Both the position numbers and the translations under genes were made by a program. Shown piece by piece: positions 1 to 12,800 of a stretch of DNA of 64,000 nucleotides. Each line of letters begins with the position of its first letter. Position 1 is the stretch's first letter. The stretch spans positions 251,853 through 315,852 of the IMG/VR virus record IMGVR_UViG_3300032245_001860. One strand, 5' to 3'. Below the pieces are notes generated by a model. That model was not told the DNA's origin. It was given only the letters and a program-made list of their open reading frames with translations, and ran no database searches.

Positions 1-11
1 CCAAAGGTGAT

Positions 12-1685
12 TTGCTTGTTGGAGCTGGTGGAACATTTGTCAAACTTCCAGTAGGTTCTGATTCATATGTTTTAGTTTCAAGTTCTTCAACAGATGCTGG
101 AGTAGCTTGGACAACACCTACAAGCATAGGAAGCACAACTATTGGTACTCCGACAGATGGTCTGTACACTGATGGATTCTTTACTTCTTGGACAAATTCT
201 ACCACAATTGCTAATGCTTTAGATGACATAAATGAATTACTTTCTCAAATAGCTCCTGCAAGACCAGGATATTTGACAAGTACAAGTTTGACAGCAACTT
301 CTGTACCAACTTATTACACTGTTGGAATTTCTGCTGGATTAGGCACTGAATGGTATCAGGCTGGATATGGCACAGGTTCCAGCATCACAAGATATTATTT
401 GTCAGGTGCTCATACATTATCTACAGCAAATACATCAACAGCATTCTCTGCTGGAACTTTGACAACTTCAACATATGGAACTATCTATTTCAATAGATAT
501 AATTATTTGACTCCTGGCGGTGGCGGGGTAGGCACAATTGACTTGACTACCAATTATGCTATCAACTACACTAATAACAACCTTAGATTGACAGCTTTAG
601 GTGCATATAATACAATTTGGACCAAAGCTAATGCACAAATAAATGCCTACACTCAGCCAAACTCGGGTTATGAGGGTGTTTATATTGCTCATACAGAAAA
701 TAGTCAATTTACAAATACATATGAAATGTGGAAAGATTCATGGTCATCTTCGAATCCAAGTCCATCTTTCTCTCAATCTGCCACAGCTTCTACATATTCA
801 CAAACTTTAAGATTTCTTTCTGGTATTGGTTACTATACTACTGGAACTGGTTTTAGTGTTTATTTTAAGGGAGCAGCTGGAATATTTAGCAGTTGTTATA
901 ATACCACTCAAGTTTATGCAATTTCTGCAACAGGTTTAGTTACAGCTACTGGCACAACTTCAAACCCACATTATGCAGGAGAACTTGATAAATCAGGCAA
1001 TAATCACGTTAGAGTTACATTAAACTCTGCAAGTGCATCTTCATTCAACAAATATATTACAGCAACAATATACAAAGCGCATGGCACAACTGCTGCATCA
1101 AATGCAATTATAGGTAGAGCAATTAATACATATACTACAACTTCCACTGACACATTTGAAGGATTCCAAGACGAAGCAAGAAGACTTGTAATTGGCACAG
1201 GTATCGCATTTACATCAAATATTGATATGGCAAACGGGAATTTGCAGGTCAGATCTGGAACATTAAGTTATCCTCTTGCTGCAGATTATGATACTGAATA
1301 TGGTGGAACACACACATTTACAGGTGATCAAGAATACCAAAGATATTTTTACAAAACATCTGCAAGTACTGGACAGCTTTCTTTAGGTGGTTTTACGGCT
1401 TCTAATATTTCAGCGTATGGCACAGGAAGTGTGAATTTACTTCTTTATTTAGAAAGCGACAACAAATATTTTGATTTAGGAGTTTTGCAAGGATCTAATG
1501 CAAATGACGGTTCTTCAAGAGCTCAAGCTATTTCTGCAAAGGTAGCGACATCAGGAAGTGGTGTCTCATGGTCCTTTGGAGTTTATAGCACTGGTGTAAG
1601 TGGAGCTGGAAATTCTGGCAGATATCGTGCAATTGTTATTTATAAAAATAACACCTATTCAATGACAAGTATAACGAGTTCATAA
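12..1685 (+). CDS. Virion structural/tail-associated protein (5' end outside window)
   Basis: Frame is open to the window edge (KGDLLVGAGGTF, a module repeated in the downstream fibres); Ser/Thr/Gly-rich. Confidence 0.75.
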   Translation: MLVGAGGTFVKLPVGSDSYVLVSSSSTDAGVAWTTPTSIGSTTIGTPTDGLYTDGFFTSWTNSTTIANALDDINELLSQIAPARPGYLTSTSLTATSVPTYYTVGISAGLGTEWYQAGYGTGSSITRYYLSGAHTLSTANTSTAFSAGTLTTSTYGTIYFNRYNYLTPGGGGVGTIDLTTNYAINYTNNNLRLTALGAYNTIWTKANAQINAYTQPNSGYEGVYIAHTENSQFTNTYEMWKDSWSSSNPSPSFSQSATASTYSQTLRFLSGIGYYTTGTGFSVYFKGAAGIFSSCYNTTQVYAISATGLVTATGTTSNPHYAGELDKSGNNHVRVTLNSASASSFNKYITATIYKAHGTTAASNAIIGRAINTYTTTSTDTFEGFQDEARRLVIGTGIAFTSNIDMANGNLQVRSGTLSYPLAADYDTEYGGTHTFTGDQEYQRYFYKTSASTGQLSLGGFTASNISAYGTGSVNLLLYLESDNKYFDLGVLQGSNANDGSSRAQAISAKVATSGSGVSWSFGVYSTGVSGAGNSGRYRAIVIYKNNTYSMTSITSS

Positions 1686-1686
1686 T

Positions 1687-4600
1687 ATGTCCTGGTCACA
1701 ACAAGATTTAAGTTTCAAAAAGCTATCTAATAAAAGAGTAACCACAAGCACTGGCAAAGGTTTACCTGAAGAAAAAGGTGCGTCTACTCTTGAACTATAT
1801 TTACCAGATATAAAAACAGAATTAATACCAGGAACAGGCAACACAGCTACTGGTTTGAATGGTGTTTTGTATTATTATGGTCCGACTGCTGCATTTGGGC
1901 AAACATTAGTAGTTGATACATCTGTACCTGGAAACTTAACTTGGTTTGCTTCATCTGGTTATGGAAATACCACTACAGCAAATGATGGTTCTGCTGGATC
2001 TGAATCACAAAGATTATTTAATTGGGTTTCAGATAAATATGATGCTTTTGGCACTGTATCTGGCGCTGGTTATGAAATTAAGCTTTATGATGCTTCTAAT
2101 AACTTAATTACAAAATCAGATGCTTCTAACTGGTTATTTGACTATCAAACTGGCATTCTTATGTTCAATAATGCCACTTTATCAAATGGCAATCCAGTTT
2201 CTACATCAGGACCATATAAGATTGTCGGATGGAGATATGTTGGTCAAAAAGGCATAATTCCAGCGTATTATGGTGGTTCTGGATATACAACATACACAAA
2301 GGGTGACCTTTTAGTTGGTGCTGGTGGAACATTTATTAAATTAAATGTTGGTTCTGATAATTATGTTCTTTCAGCTGACTCAACCACAGCATCTGGTTTG
2401 AAATGGGTTGTTAACTCTGGATCTGGTTCTGGCATTTCTGTTCTCAATGGACTTTCTGCAACTACCCAATTTTTTGCAGTAGGTACAAGTGGAAGTTTAT
2501 TTAATATATCTTCATCTGGATCTACTCATACATTCAATATTCCAATTGCTGGATCAGGTGCAACAGGTTTAGTTTCGACAGGTTCTCAGACTTTTGCTGG
2601 TCAAAAAACATTTACTTCTCCAATTTTAGGAGATCTTTCTGGTACTGCAACGACTGCTGGATTTGCCACAACAGCTGCTACAGCTCAAGGAGTTTTATCA
2701 TCAATCACTGGACAGGCTGTAGATTTAAGTATTGGTCTTATAAGTGGTACAGCGTTATCATACAGTAGTAACCTTTATTATAATCCAGCATCAGGTAGAT
2801 TGGCAGCTGTAAGTTATACTGGTTCATGGGCCGGTAGTACAATCACAGGATTTTATGGTGGTACAGGATACACAACATACACCAAGGGTGATATTTTAGT
2901 TGGCGCAGGTGGAACATTTATTAAGTTAGGTGTTGGAACTGATACCTATGTTTTAACAGCATCATCTTCATCTGCAACAGGTTTGACTTGGTCTCCTACT
3001 GCTGCTACTGGTATTACAACTCTTAATTCTCTTACAGCAACTCAACAATATTTCTCAACAGGCACATCTGGATCCACATTTAATATTTCATCTTCTGGAT
3101 CTACACATACATTTAATATACCGATAGCTGGTACTGGTACTACTGGATTAGTTTCTACTCTTGCTCAAACATTTGCAGGAGCCAAAACATTTACAGGCGA
3201 TGTAGTTATAACATCATCGACAGCTTCAACCTACATGGCAAATGGAGCTTTGACTGTAAATGGTGGAGTTGGAATATCTGGCCAGCTTTCATTCAATCAA
3301 GCTGCCATGGGATATACAGGGATTGCAACAAACCCTGTAATGGCATTTATAGGAAGCACCAATACAGCTCCTATAACAATGACTGTTCTTTCTGATGGAT
3401 CTCTTCTCTGGGAAGGCAGCTCAGGAAAACTATTTGGAATCAATAACAATCTTTCATCAGGTTGGATTTTCAATGTTGGAGATATTTCAGGTCTTCCAAT
3501 ACTTAGAGCAAATGCAGATGGCACTATTGCTATGGCTGAGTTTGCTGCAAATGTTGGCATTGGTCTTTCAAATCCATCATACAAACTTCATGTTGTAGGT
3601 GATACTAATCTTTCATCTGGTTATGTTTACAGAATTAATGGTACTTCGGTTTTATCATCTACACAAGTTTTAGGACTCACTGTAAACTCTGGAAATATTA
3701 CATCAGGAGCTTGGTCAGGAACAGCAATATCAGTTCCTTATGGTGGCACTGGTCTTACATCTTACACAGTTGGTGATATTCTTTATGCTTCTGGTTCAGC
3801 AACTATTGGTAGATTAGCTGCTGGAACTGCTGGATCTATTCTTATTTCTGCTGGAGCTGGAGCAACTCCATATTATAGCAGTCCAGCATTATTTGTATCG
3901 GGAAATGCCACAACAGCTGCAAACATAAATATAGTTGCAACAACCACTGGAACTCTTTATCCTTTATTTTCAAATGTCTCTACAACTGCTTCTGGAGTTG
4001 GAGTATCTGTTGACTCAGCAATATCTTATAATGCTGCTACAGATACATTATCTGCTGGTAAATTTAGTGGTTTAGCATCTGGTACAGCAGCAACATTTAC
4101 TAATATTTATGGAACATTAACTGGTGTTGCTACAACAGCAACTAACGTAAACACTGTTTCTGCAACAGGTACAAATGCTTCACATTACTTGTTATTCTCA
4201 CCAGTAAATGGCGGTTCAGGTGTAGCTTTATCAAGTGGAGCTGGCATCACATTCAATCCATCTATTGGTCAATTAGGTTTAGGTAATGGATCAGCTATCA
4301 TAAATGGTTTGTTGTTGGGCACAAGTTCTAATACCATAACAACAACTTCAGGAAATCTTACACTTAATGCTGGTGGTGGTACTGTTCTTGTCGCTGGAAA
4401 TCTAAATGTCCAAGGTACAGCAACTTATATTGATTCTACTACTCAAACAATTACAGACCCAGTTGTAGTTCTTGGCTCTGGAGCAGGCGGAACACATACA
4501 AATGTAACTGACACACAAGATAGAGGAATTGAATACAGAAGATTCTCAGGTTCTGCTATCACTGGTTTCTTTGGTCTATCAAATGCTTCAGGTAGATTTA

Positions 4601-7600
4601 CTTTCATACCAAATGCAAATGTAACAGCTAACAATACATACACTGGCTCTATTGGTGTCATTGAAGCTAATATAACTGGCTCTGCAATAACAGCCACTAA
4701 TTTTTATGGAACATTTGTTGGAAATTCTGCAAGTGCTACGACTGCTGGACTTGCTACCACTGCTCAAAACCTCAACATTACAACTACAGCAACAGGAACA
4801 CTTTACCCATTATTTACAAGTGTTTCTACTACAGCTTCTGGTGTTGCTGTTTCTGTTGACGGTACAGATATTTCTTACGATGCTGCTACAAATACTCTTA
4901 CAGCTGGAAAGTTTAGTGGTTTAGCATCTGGTAGTGCTGCAACATTTACAAATTTCTATGGAACGCTTACTGGAAATGTCACTGGTACATCAACAACTTC
5001 ACAAAATGTAAATATAGTTTCTGCAACTACTGGAACATTCTACCCATTATTTAGTAATATTTCCACTACTGCATCTGGTGTGGCTATTTCTGTTGACAGT
5101 GGATTATCATGGAATTCTGCAACAGACACATTGACTGCTGGTACATTCTCAGGAAATCTTTCAGCCACAGCAGCTACAGCAACAAATTTCTATGGTACTT
5201 TTGTTGGTTCTGCTACAACTTCAACAAGTTTGAATGTTGTTTTAGCTGGTACAAACGCAAGTCATCCTATATTATTCACTCCTACAGCTGGATCTGCATC
5301 GGGAGTAGCTGTTTCAACAGAATCTTCATTTGTTTACAACCCTTCTACTGATATTCTTTCGGTATCTGGTTTAGCTGTTACATCAACAACCGCCTCTACA
5401 AACTCTTCAACTGGCGCTTTGATTGTTACTGGCGGAGTTGGTATTGGTCAATCAGTAAATATTAGTGGACGAGTTGGAATAGGCACCAATTTACTAAATG
5501 CCGCATTAAACATTCAAGTTCCATCTACTACTACATCTGGCATCATTTTGAGAGGAAATGGTTCTCAAACATCTGATGCTATTACTTATTACAGCTCTAC
5601 TGGTAGCACCCAATTCGCTGTAGATGCAAATGGACGTGTCAGACTTACTGGCATGGATGGTATCTGGAACAATAAAGTCCAGCAAAATATATTTGATGTT
5701 TCTGATGGAAGAGTAAACTGGAATCTTACTACTTGGCAATATTCATCTATTTTTTGGGTTACGGCAAATGCAAGTATTACACAAGCATCTGGCCAACTAC
5801 AATTTACCAATAGTGGCACAACATCTGTAACAGGTGTTGGTGTTGTTGCAACTGGCTGGGATACTGGTGGAGCGAACAGAGTATTTGGAATTGTTTCTCC
5901 TTCAGGTAGTGAAAGAACATATTTTAAAGGTTATGGAAACCTTGTAATTAATCCTAATAATCCAAACGCATTGCATACTGGTTGGAATACCATGGATTTA
6001 ATTACCTTGGATATTTCTGGTACGGCAAATACCTACGTAGGAAATATCATTTTAGGTAAAGTTGAAGGCACAGAGAGATTTTCAGTTGGTCCATTCGGTA
6101 ACACAAAGATTACAGTTGGTTCTGCCACCACTGCAACAGGTTTATTAGTAAAAGCAGTAGCATCACAATCTGGCAATATAATAGAAACTCAAGCTTCCAC
6201 AGGTGTAACAAACTTCTATGTTTCACCAACAGGAGGCGGCTCATTCTCTGATAATCTTGAAATAAGATCAGCTAAAGAAGTTAGATTTAACAACTCTGGA
6301 AATACATTCTACACAGGTTTTAAAGCTGGATCAAATGCATCTAACACCACTTACACTTTACCTATTGCATTCCCAGGATCAGGCACATCAGTATTGCAAT
6401 CTGATTCTTCTGGTGCTTTATCTTGGGTAGGTGTAGTTGGAAGTGCATCTACAGCGCAAAACATAAATATAGTTGCAGCAAATACAAACTCTGCTCATCA
6501 ATTAGTATTTACTCCAGCAAGTGGTTCAGGTTCAGGTGTTGCAGTTTCTTCAAGAACAACATTAAACTTCAATCCTTCTACTGATATTCTTTCAGTTTCT
6601 GGTTTAGCAGTCACAGCATCCACAGCTTCAACTAACTCTTCTACTGGCGCTCTGATAGTAACTGGCGGAGTTGGTATTGGCGGAACAATTTACACTGCTA
6701 CTGATCTTAATGTAGGAAATTCAACTACTGGAAGATTGTATTTTAGCCAAGCAACATTAGGATCTGCTGGAACTACTGTCATTCCTTCGATGGCGTTTAT
6801 TGGAACAACAAACTCTCCAATAACTTTATCTGTTCTTACTGATAACTCACTTTCATTTGATGGTAGTTCAGGTCAGTTATTTTCTATAAATAACAACCTT
6901 TCTACAGGTTGGATATTTGCTGTAAACGATATATCTGGTTTACCATTAATCAGAGCAAACGCCGATGGTACTGTTGCCATGGGAGAGTTTGCTGGAAATA
7001 TTGGTATTGGAATTTCAAATCCATCATACAAGTTACATGTTGTTGGAGATACAAATCTTTCTTCTGGATATGTATACAGAATTAATGGTACTTCAGTTTT
7101 ATCTGCAACTTCATTAGGTACTGGGGTCACTAATTCTTCACTTACTGCTGTTGGGACAATTACTACTGGTACATGGGCAGGAAGTACAATTACTGGCCTT
7201 TATGGCGGTACTGGATACACTAACTATACTGCTGGTGATATTCTTGTTGGAGCTGGCGGAACCTTCATCAAATTAAATGCTGGCTCTTCCAACTATGTAT
7301 TGACATCAAATGGATCTGGCACAATACCATCTTGGCAAGCAGTTCCTCCGTCTGCTGCATCTTCTGTTGCAGTATCACCTACCACAACCAATTCTTCTTT
7401 CTCTATTACAGTAGTTAATAGTGCAAGTGGCTCAGGTTTAGGTCTCTCTACAATTGCATCTTTTGTAATCAATCCATCCACTGGCATACTTTCAGTTTCT
7501 GGTTTAGCAGTCACATCATCTACTTCATCTACAAGTTATTCTACTGGTGCCTTAATTGTCACAGGTGGTGTAGGAATAGGAGGAAGTTTATACACTTCTT

Positions 7601-9009
7601 CTTCATTCGCAGATTCTATATCAGGTGTAGTCCTAAATAATGGTGTAATAACTTCTGGTTCATGGGCTGGAAGTACAATAACTGGACTTTATGGTGGAAC
7701 AGGTTATACCACATATACAAAAGGTGACATTTTAGTAGGTGCAGGTGGAACATTTGTCAAGTTTGCAGTTGGCACTAACAATTATGTTCTTGCAGCTAAT
7801 TCTGCTTCTGGTTCCGGTCTAACATGGAGAACTGCAAGTTCTGCAACAGCAACTACTTCTGTTGCACCATCTAATCCGCTTACTGGTGATTTCTGGTACG
7901 ACACATCAGATGGTAGTTTAAGCGTCTATTATAATGATGGAGACACTTCGCAATGGGTTGAAGTTGCTGGAGCTTTCACAGGCAATGTAGGTTCTGGTAA
8001 CATTTACAATATACCTTATTACAATGCTACTGGTATAGCAATTACAGGTTCAACAAACTTTACAAATGTTGGCACTGGAATTTCAATTCTTTACACAACA
8101 GGTTCAACTTCAACATCTACTGGTGCATTAGTAGTTTCAGGTGGTGTTGGTATTGGTGGAAGTATATACACTTCTTCTTCTTATGCTGCATCAATATCTG
8201 GAGTTGTATTAAACAATAGTGTCATCACTTCTGGTACATGGGCTGGATCTACAATAACAGCAAGATATGGAGGCACTGGGTATACCACTTATACTACTGG
8301 TGACATACTTGTTGGAGCAGGAAGTACATTTATCAAGGTTGGATCAGGTTCAACCAATTATGTGTTATCTTCCAATCCTATGTATCCTGCAGGTGTTGGT
8401 TGGACTTGGGTTTCAGCTGTTGGAGTAGGAACTAATCCTCCATCTACCACACACGATTCTGATCTTTGGTGGAATGCTACTGATGGAAGTTTAAATTTCT
8501 ATTACAATGATGGTGATACCAGTCAATGGGTAGAAATAGCTGGCGGATCAGGAATTGATTTGTCACAACCAGTTCATATTACATCAACTGTTGGTTCTAC
8601 AAATGTTTCCACAGGTGCTTTAATTGTAGATGGTGGAGTTGGTATTCAAGGACAACTTCATACTGCTTCTCTTGTAATCAATGGAACTTATGATGTTGTT
8701 GGATCCAGTGTGACATTGTCTGGAACAGGAGTAAGTCAAGTTATCTATCAATTAGACGCATCTATTTATAGATCAGTCAAATATATGATTCAAACTACCC
8801 ATGGATCAGATTATCAAGTTCAAGAAGCTTTAGTTCTTCAAGATGGTACAGATGCTTATTTGACCCAATATGCCCAATTATTATCTCTCAATAACTTAGT
8901 CTTGGCCACTTACGATGTGGATTTATCAGGAGGATATATGAGGCTTTTGGCAAATCCAGTTTACTCCAATACAACTTTCAAAATATACGGAACAGCAGTG
9001 AGACTATAA
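1687..9009 (+). CDS. Giant modular tail-fibre protein (2440 aa)
   Basis: Repeated TGALxVxGGVGIG, GxWAGSTITGxYGGTGYTTYTKGD, ISGLPxxRANADG and WYDTSDGSLxxYYNDGDTSQWVE modules typical of fibres of large myoviruses. Confidence 0.85.
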   Translation: MSWSQQDLSFKKLSNKRVTTSTGKGLPEEKGASTLELYLPDIKTELIPGTGNTATGLNGVLYYYGPTAAFGQTLVVDTSVPGNLTWFASSGYGNTTTANDGSAGSESQRLFNWVSDKYDAFGTVSGAGYEIKLYDASNNLITKSDASNWLFDYQTGILMFNNATLSNGNPVSTSGPYKIVGWRYVGQKGIIPAYYGGSGYTTYTKGDLLVGAGGTFIKLNVGSDNYVLSADSTTASGLKWVVNSGSGSGISVLNGLSATTQFFAVGTSGSLFNISSSGSTHTFNIPIAGSGATGLVSTGSQTFAGQKTFTSPILGDLSGTATTAGFATTAATAQGVLSSITGQAVDLSIGLISGTALSYSSNLYYNPASGRLAAVSYTGSWAGSTITGFYGGTGYTTYTKGDILVGAGGTFIKLGVGTDTYVLTASSSSATGLTWSPTAATGITTLNSLTATQQYFSTGTSGSTFNISSSGSTHTFNIPIAGTGTTGLVSTLAQTFAGAKTFTGDVVITSSTASTYMANGALTVNGGVGISGQLSFNQAAMGYTGIATNPVMAFIGSTNTAPITMTVLSDGSLLWEGSSGKLFGINNNLSSGWIFNVGDISGLPILRANADGTIAMAEFAANVGIGLSNPSYKLHVVGDTNLSSGYVYRINGTSVLSSTQVLGLTVNSGNITSGAWSGTAISVPYGGTGLTSYTVGDILYASGSATIGRLAAGTAGSILISAGAGATPYYSSPALFVSGNATTAANINIVATTTGTLYPLFSNVSTTASGVGVSVDSAISYNAATDTLSAGKFSGLASGTAATFTNIYGTLTGVATTATNVNTVSATGTNASHYLLFSPVNGGSGVALSSGAGITFNPSIGQLGLGNGSAIINGLLLGTSSNTITTTSGNLTLNAGGGTVLVAGNLNVQGTATYIDSTTQTITDPVVVLGSGAGGTHTNVTDTQDRGIEYRRFSGSAITGFFGLSNASGRFTFIPNANVTANNTYTGSIGVIEANITGSAITATNFYGTFVGNSASATTAGLATTAQNLNITTTATGTLYPLFTSVSTTASGVAVSVDGTDISYDAATNTLTAGKFSGLASGSAATFTNFYGTLTGNVTGTSTTSQNVNIVSATTGTFYPLFSNISTTASGVAISVDSGLSWNSATDTLTAGTFSGNLSATAATATNFYGTFVGSATTSTSLNVVLAGTNASHPILFTPTAGSASGVAVSTESSFVYNPSTDILSVSGLAVTSTTASTNSSTGALIVTGGVGIGQSVNISGRVGIGTNLLNAALNIQVPSTTTSGIILRGNGSQTSDAITYYSSTGSTQFAVDANGRVRLTGMDGIWNNKVQQNIFDVSDGRVNWNLTTWQYSSIFWVTANASITQASGQLQFTNSGTTSVTGVGVVATGWDTGGANRVFGIVSPSGSERTYFKGYGNLVINPNNPNALHTGWNTMDLITLDISGTANTYVGNIILGKVEGTERFSVGPFGNTKITVGSATTATGLLVKAVASQSGNIIETQASTGVTNFYVSPTGGGSFSDNLEIRSAKEVRFNNSGNTFYTGFKAGSNASNTTYTLPIAFPGSGTSVLQSDSSGALSWVGVVGSASTAQNINIVAANTNSAHQLVFTPASGSGSGVAVSSRTTLNFNPSTDILSVSGLAVTASTASTNSSTGALIVTGGVGIGGTIYTATDLNVGNSTTGRLYFSQATLGSAGTTVIPSMAFIGTTNSPITLSVLTDNSLSFDGSSGQLFSINNNLSTGWIFAVNDISGLPLIRANADGTVAMGEFAGNIGIGISNPSYKLHVVGDTNLSSGYVYRINGTSVLSATSLGTGVTNSSLTAVGTITTGTWAGSTITGLYGGTGYTNYTAGDILVGAGGTFIKLNAGSSNYVLTSNGSGTIPSWQAVPPSAASSVAVSPTTTNSSFSITVVNSASGSGLGLSTIASFVINPSTGILSVSGLAVTSSTSSTSYSTGALIVTGGVGIGGSLYTSSSFADSISGVVLNNGVITSGSWAGSTITGLYGGTGYTTYTKGDILVGAGGTFVKFAVGTNNYVLAANSASGSGLTWRTASSATATTSVAPSNPLTGDFWYDTSDGSLSVYYNDGDTSQWVEVAGAFTGNVGSGNIYNIPYYNATGIAITGSTNFTNVGTGISILYTTGSTSTSTGALVVSGGVGIGGSIYTSSSYAASISGVVLNNSVITSGTWAGSTITARYGGTGYTTYTTGDILVGAGSTFIKVGSGSTNYVLSSNPMYPAGVGWTWVSAVGVGTNPPSTTHDSDLWWNATDGSLNFYYNDGDTSQWVEIAGGSGIDLSQPVHITSTVGSTNVSTGALIVDGGVGIQGQLHTASLVINGTYDVVGSSVTLSGTGVSQVIYQLDASIYRSVKYMIQTTHGSDYQVQEALVLQDGTDAYLTQYAQLLSLNNLVLATYDVDLSGGYMRLLANPVYSNTTFKIYGTAVRL

Positions 9010-9010
9010 A

Positions 9011-9862
9011 ATGGCAGTTATTAGAAACTTTAGGTTACCTGTAGGAATTGGTGTTAGCGCTGACTATATTGAAACCTTTGGTGTTATTCAATCAATTAAT
9101 ACAAACACAGGCTCAATTGTAGCTCGTGGTGGTATTGGAGTTAGCGGCAATATTTATATGGGAGGCAATCTCTCAGTAGGTTCATCTGTCATAGGTGGTA
9201 CATGGGCTGGAAATACTGTCGCTGGAAGATATGGCGGAACAGGATATACAACATATACAAAAGGTGATTTATTAGTAGGGGCAGGTTCCACATTTATCAA
9301 AGTTGGAATTGGAGCATCTCATCAAGTACTAAGTTATTCTCCCACAGCTTCTTCTGGATTAGGTTGGACTGATTTGTCTATAGCTTTTCCAATTTCCACT
9401 AATTATGGAACATTTTATAGTACACAAACCCAAACTGTTCATGGTGCCAATACTATAACCCCTATAACTGTCAATAATACATACGAAGCTGCTAATATTC
9501 AAATATATGGTGGAGCTGGAACATCTTCAAGGATACAAATAAATTCAACAGGTGTTTATAATATTCAGTTTTCTTTTCAGATGAATTTATCATCTGGAAC
9601 CCAGCCAGCAGTAGCTGATTTTTGGTTTAGAATTAATGGAGCTGATATTCCTTGGTCAAATAGTAAACAAACAATTCAAGGCAAAGATAATCAGCACATT
9701 TTAGCATTGAATTTTGTTTCTTCTTTTAATTCAGGACAATATTTTGAAATTATGATGAATAGTCCAGACAGTAATTTCACATTAGAAGGTACTGGAGCAA
9801 CAACTGGACCAACAAGACCAGGAACCCCAAGTGTCATATACACAGTGACAAAAGTATTATAA
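9011..9862 (+). CDS. Short fibre protein with C1q/TNF-like C-terminal head
   Basis: Shared fibre module followed by YGTFYSTQTQ...STGVYNIQFSFQ...WFRING jelly-roll pattern. Confidence 0.65.
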   Translation: MAVIRNFRLPVGIGVSADYIETFGVIQSINTNTGSIVARGGIGVSGNIYMGGNLSVGSSVIGGTWAGNTVAGRYGGTGYTTYTKGDLLVGAGSTFIKVGIGASHQVLSYSPTASSGLGWTDLSIAFPISTNYGTFYSTQTQTVHGANTITPITVNNTYEAANIQIYGGAGTSSRIQINSTGVYNIQFSFQMNLSSGTQPAVADFWFRINGADIPWSNSKQTIQGKDNQHILALNFVSSFNSGQYFEIMMNSPDSNFTLEGTGATTGPTRPGTPSVIYTVTKVL

Positions 9863-9875
9863 ATAGAGAGAAAAA

Positions 9876-12800
9876 ATGGCAGACTTAAATTTTCCCTTAA
9901 ATCCACAAGTAAATGACTACTATACCTTGAATGGTAAAACATTTAGGTATGATGGCTCAAAATGGCGCTTTGCTACACAGAGTATAGTTACAGTAAATTC
10001 TGGAAGTGCATTGACATCATTAAATAGTCTAACAAATTCTGCCCAAGATTTTTCTGTTGGTGTTTCTGGTTCTTTATTTAATATTTCTTCTGCTGGTAAC
10101 ACTCATACATTTAATATCCCAATTGCTGGTTCTGGTTCCACTGGTTTAATTTCTACTGGCGTTCAAACAATATCTGGCGCAAAAACATTTACTTCTTCAA
10201 TTGTTGGAGATTTGACTGGTACTGCTACTACTGCAATAAATTTAAATACAGTTTCAGCAGCTTCAAATGCTACACACTATGTTTTGTTTTCTCCAGCAAA
10301 TGGTGGAAGTGGCGTTGCTGTTTCTTCTGATACAGGACTTACGTTCAATCCATCATCAAATACTGTTTCACTTTCTACACTGTCAGCCACAACTGTCAAC
10401 ACATCTACAGCAAGTGTATCAGGTTCTACTGCCTCAACAAATACATCTACTGGTGCATTAGTAGTTACTGGTGGAGTTGGCATAGGCCAATCTATTTCTA
10501 TTGGTGGAAGATTGCAGTTGTTCAATGGTTCTAACTATACAGCTTTCGTTTCATCTGCATCAGGAAATACAGTTTATACTTTACCAGCAACAACCCCAGC
10601 TACAGGTACTTCTGTTTTGCAATCAGACACAACAGGAACTTTGTCATGGGTAGCTATGACTGCTACAGGTGGTGCATCAGGTAATACTGCAGCAAATGTA
10701 AATGTTAATTCTGCTTCAACAAATGCAAGTCATTTTTTAATTTTTAGTCCAACAGCAACTGGATCTGGAGTAGCATTATCATCAGAATCAGCTTTAGTTT
10801 ACAATCCATCTACGGACATATTGTCAGTATCTGGATTAGCAGTAACATCAGGAACTTCTTCTACTTCTTCTTCAACTGGTTCGCTTATTGTTTCAGGTGG
10901 CGTTGGAATTGGTGGCACACTTTTTGTAGGAAACACTATAGGTGTAAACTCTGGCGCTTCTGGATTGTTGTTGCAAAAATTAGTTGGGGGCAATTATGGT
11001 GCAATTTACTCTGCGGGTGTAACTCCAAGCGCAACAAACTACACAATGATTACTGATGGTACTTCAGTTAACTTTAATGGTACTGGTGGAGTTTATTTTA
11101 ATATCAGTAATTCAAATAAAATTCAAGTTACCACTAATAACATTAATATTGTTCCTACAGCAGGTTCTTCATCTACTTCTACTGGATCTTTGACAGTGGC
11201 AGGTGGTGTTGGTATTGGAGGTAGTTTATTTGTTACTTCTGCTACTAATATATCAGGAGTAATAATAAATTCAGGAGTTATTACTGGTTCTTTAACAGGA
11301 ACTGCAACATCAGCTGGTTTTGCAACAACTGCTGGGTTAGCCACGACCGCAGGACTTGCTACAACTGCTGGATTTGCTACAACAGCAACAAATATCAATG
11401 TTGTTTTAGCTTCATCTAATGCAAGTCATCCAGTTTTATTTACTCCAACTTCAGGTTCAGCATCTGGTTTAGCAGTATCTTCAAACAGCACACTCGTATA
11501 CAATCCGTCAACAGACTTGTTGTCAGTATCTGGTGTAGCAATAACTGTTTCTACCGCTTCTACATCAACTTCCACTGGTGCATTAGTTGTTACAGGTGGT
11601 GTTGGCATAGGGCAATCTGTATCTGTCGGTGGTAGATTACAGATGTTTAATGGAGCAAATTACACAGCATTTGTTTCATCTGCATCTGGCAATACTGTAT
11701 ATACTTTACCTGCAACTTCCCCAGCTACAGGTACTTCAGTATTACAGTCAACTTCTGCTGGTGTATTAAGTTGGGTTGCTATGACGAGTAGTTCTTCTGG
11801 AAATACTGCTCAAAATATTGCTATTAATACTGCTGGAAATGTTAATGTTTTCCATCCAATTCTATTTACACCATCTTCTTTATCTGCTGGTTCTGCTGTT
11901 TCAAGTGATACAACTATAACTTTTAACCCTTCTACTGAAACATTAAATGTTTCTGGTTTAGCAATTACTTCTGGTACTGCTTCTACAAATACAACAACTG
12001 GAGCATTGGTAGTAAGAGGAGGTCTTGGTGTAACTGGTCAATTAACTTTTGCTACAGCGTCACTTGGATTTACTGGTATCACATCAAACCCATCCATGTC
12101 ATTTATTGGAAATACTTCAAGTGCTCCAATCACTATGACTGTCCTAACTGACAATTCACTCAACTGGGAAGGTTCACAAGGATCAGTATTTTCTATTGAT
12201 AGCAATTTATCTTCTGGTGAAATTTTCTCTGTCAGTGATATATCTGGTTTACCTATAATTTCTGCTTCTGCTGGTCAAACTGTAAATATCAATGAATTTG
12301 GTGGATATACACAAATTGGTAATGGGTCAATAAACTCATCTTCTACATCTACTGGTTCTCTTGTTATTGCTGGCGGTTTAGGATTCACTGGAAATGCTTT
12401 TATAGGCGGCACTACCACTATTGTAAATGGAGCGAACAGCACTTCTACTGGTTCTGGATCTTTAGTTGTCAGAGGTGGAATTGGAATTACTGGCAACGCT
12501 TTTATAGGCGGTACTACTTCTGTAACAAGCACATCAGCTTCTATAAATACTGGCTCCGGCGCATTAGTAGTTTCGGGAGGTGTAGGTATTGGACAGTCTG
12601 CTTCAGTTGGTGGCAGATTACAAATGTTCAACGGTGCGAATTATACTGCTTTTGTTTCATCTGCATCTGGTAATACAGTTTATACTTTACCAGCTACATC
12701 TCCCGCAACAGGATCTTCAGTATTAATTTCTTCTTCTGCTGGTGTATTGAGTTGGGCATCACTTACTGCTGTTGGTTATACTGCTTCTGGAACAGCTGAT

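Noticed and set aside
11300-11392. ATTAG[LF] hexapeptide tandem repeat as a phase-variable tract
   Set aside because: Codons differ between units, so there is no slippage-prone DNA repeat
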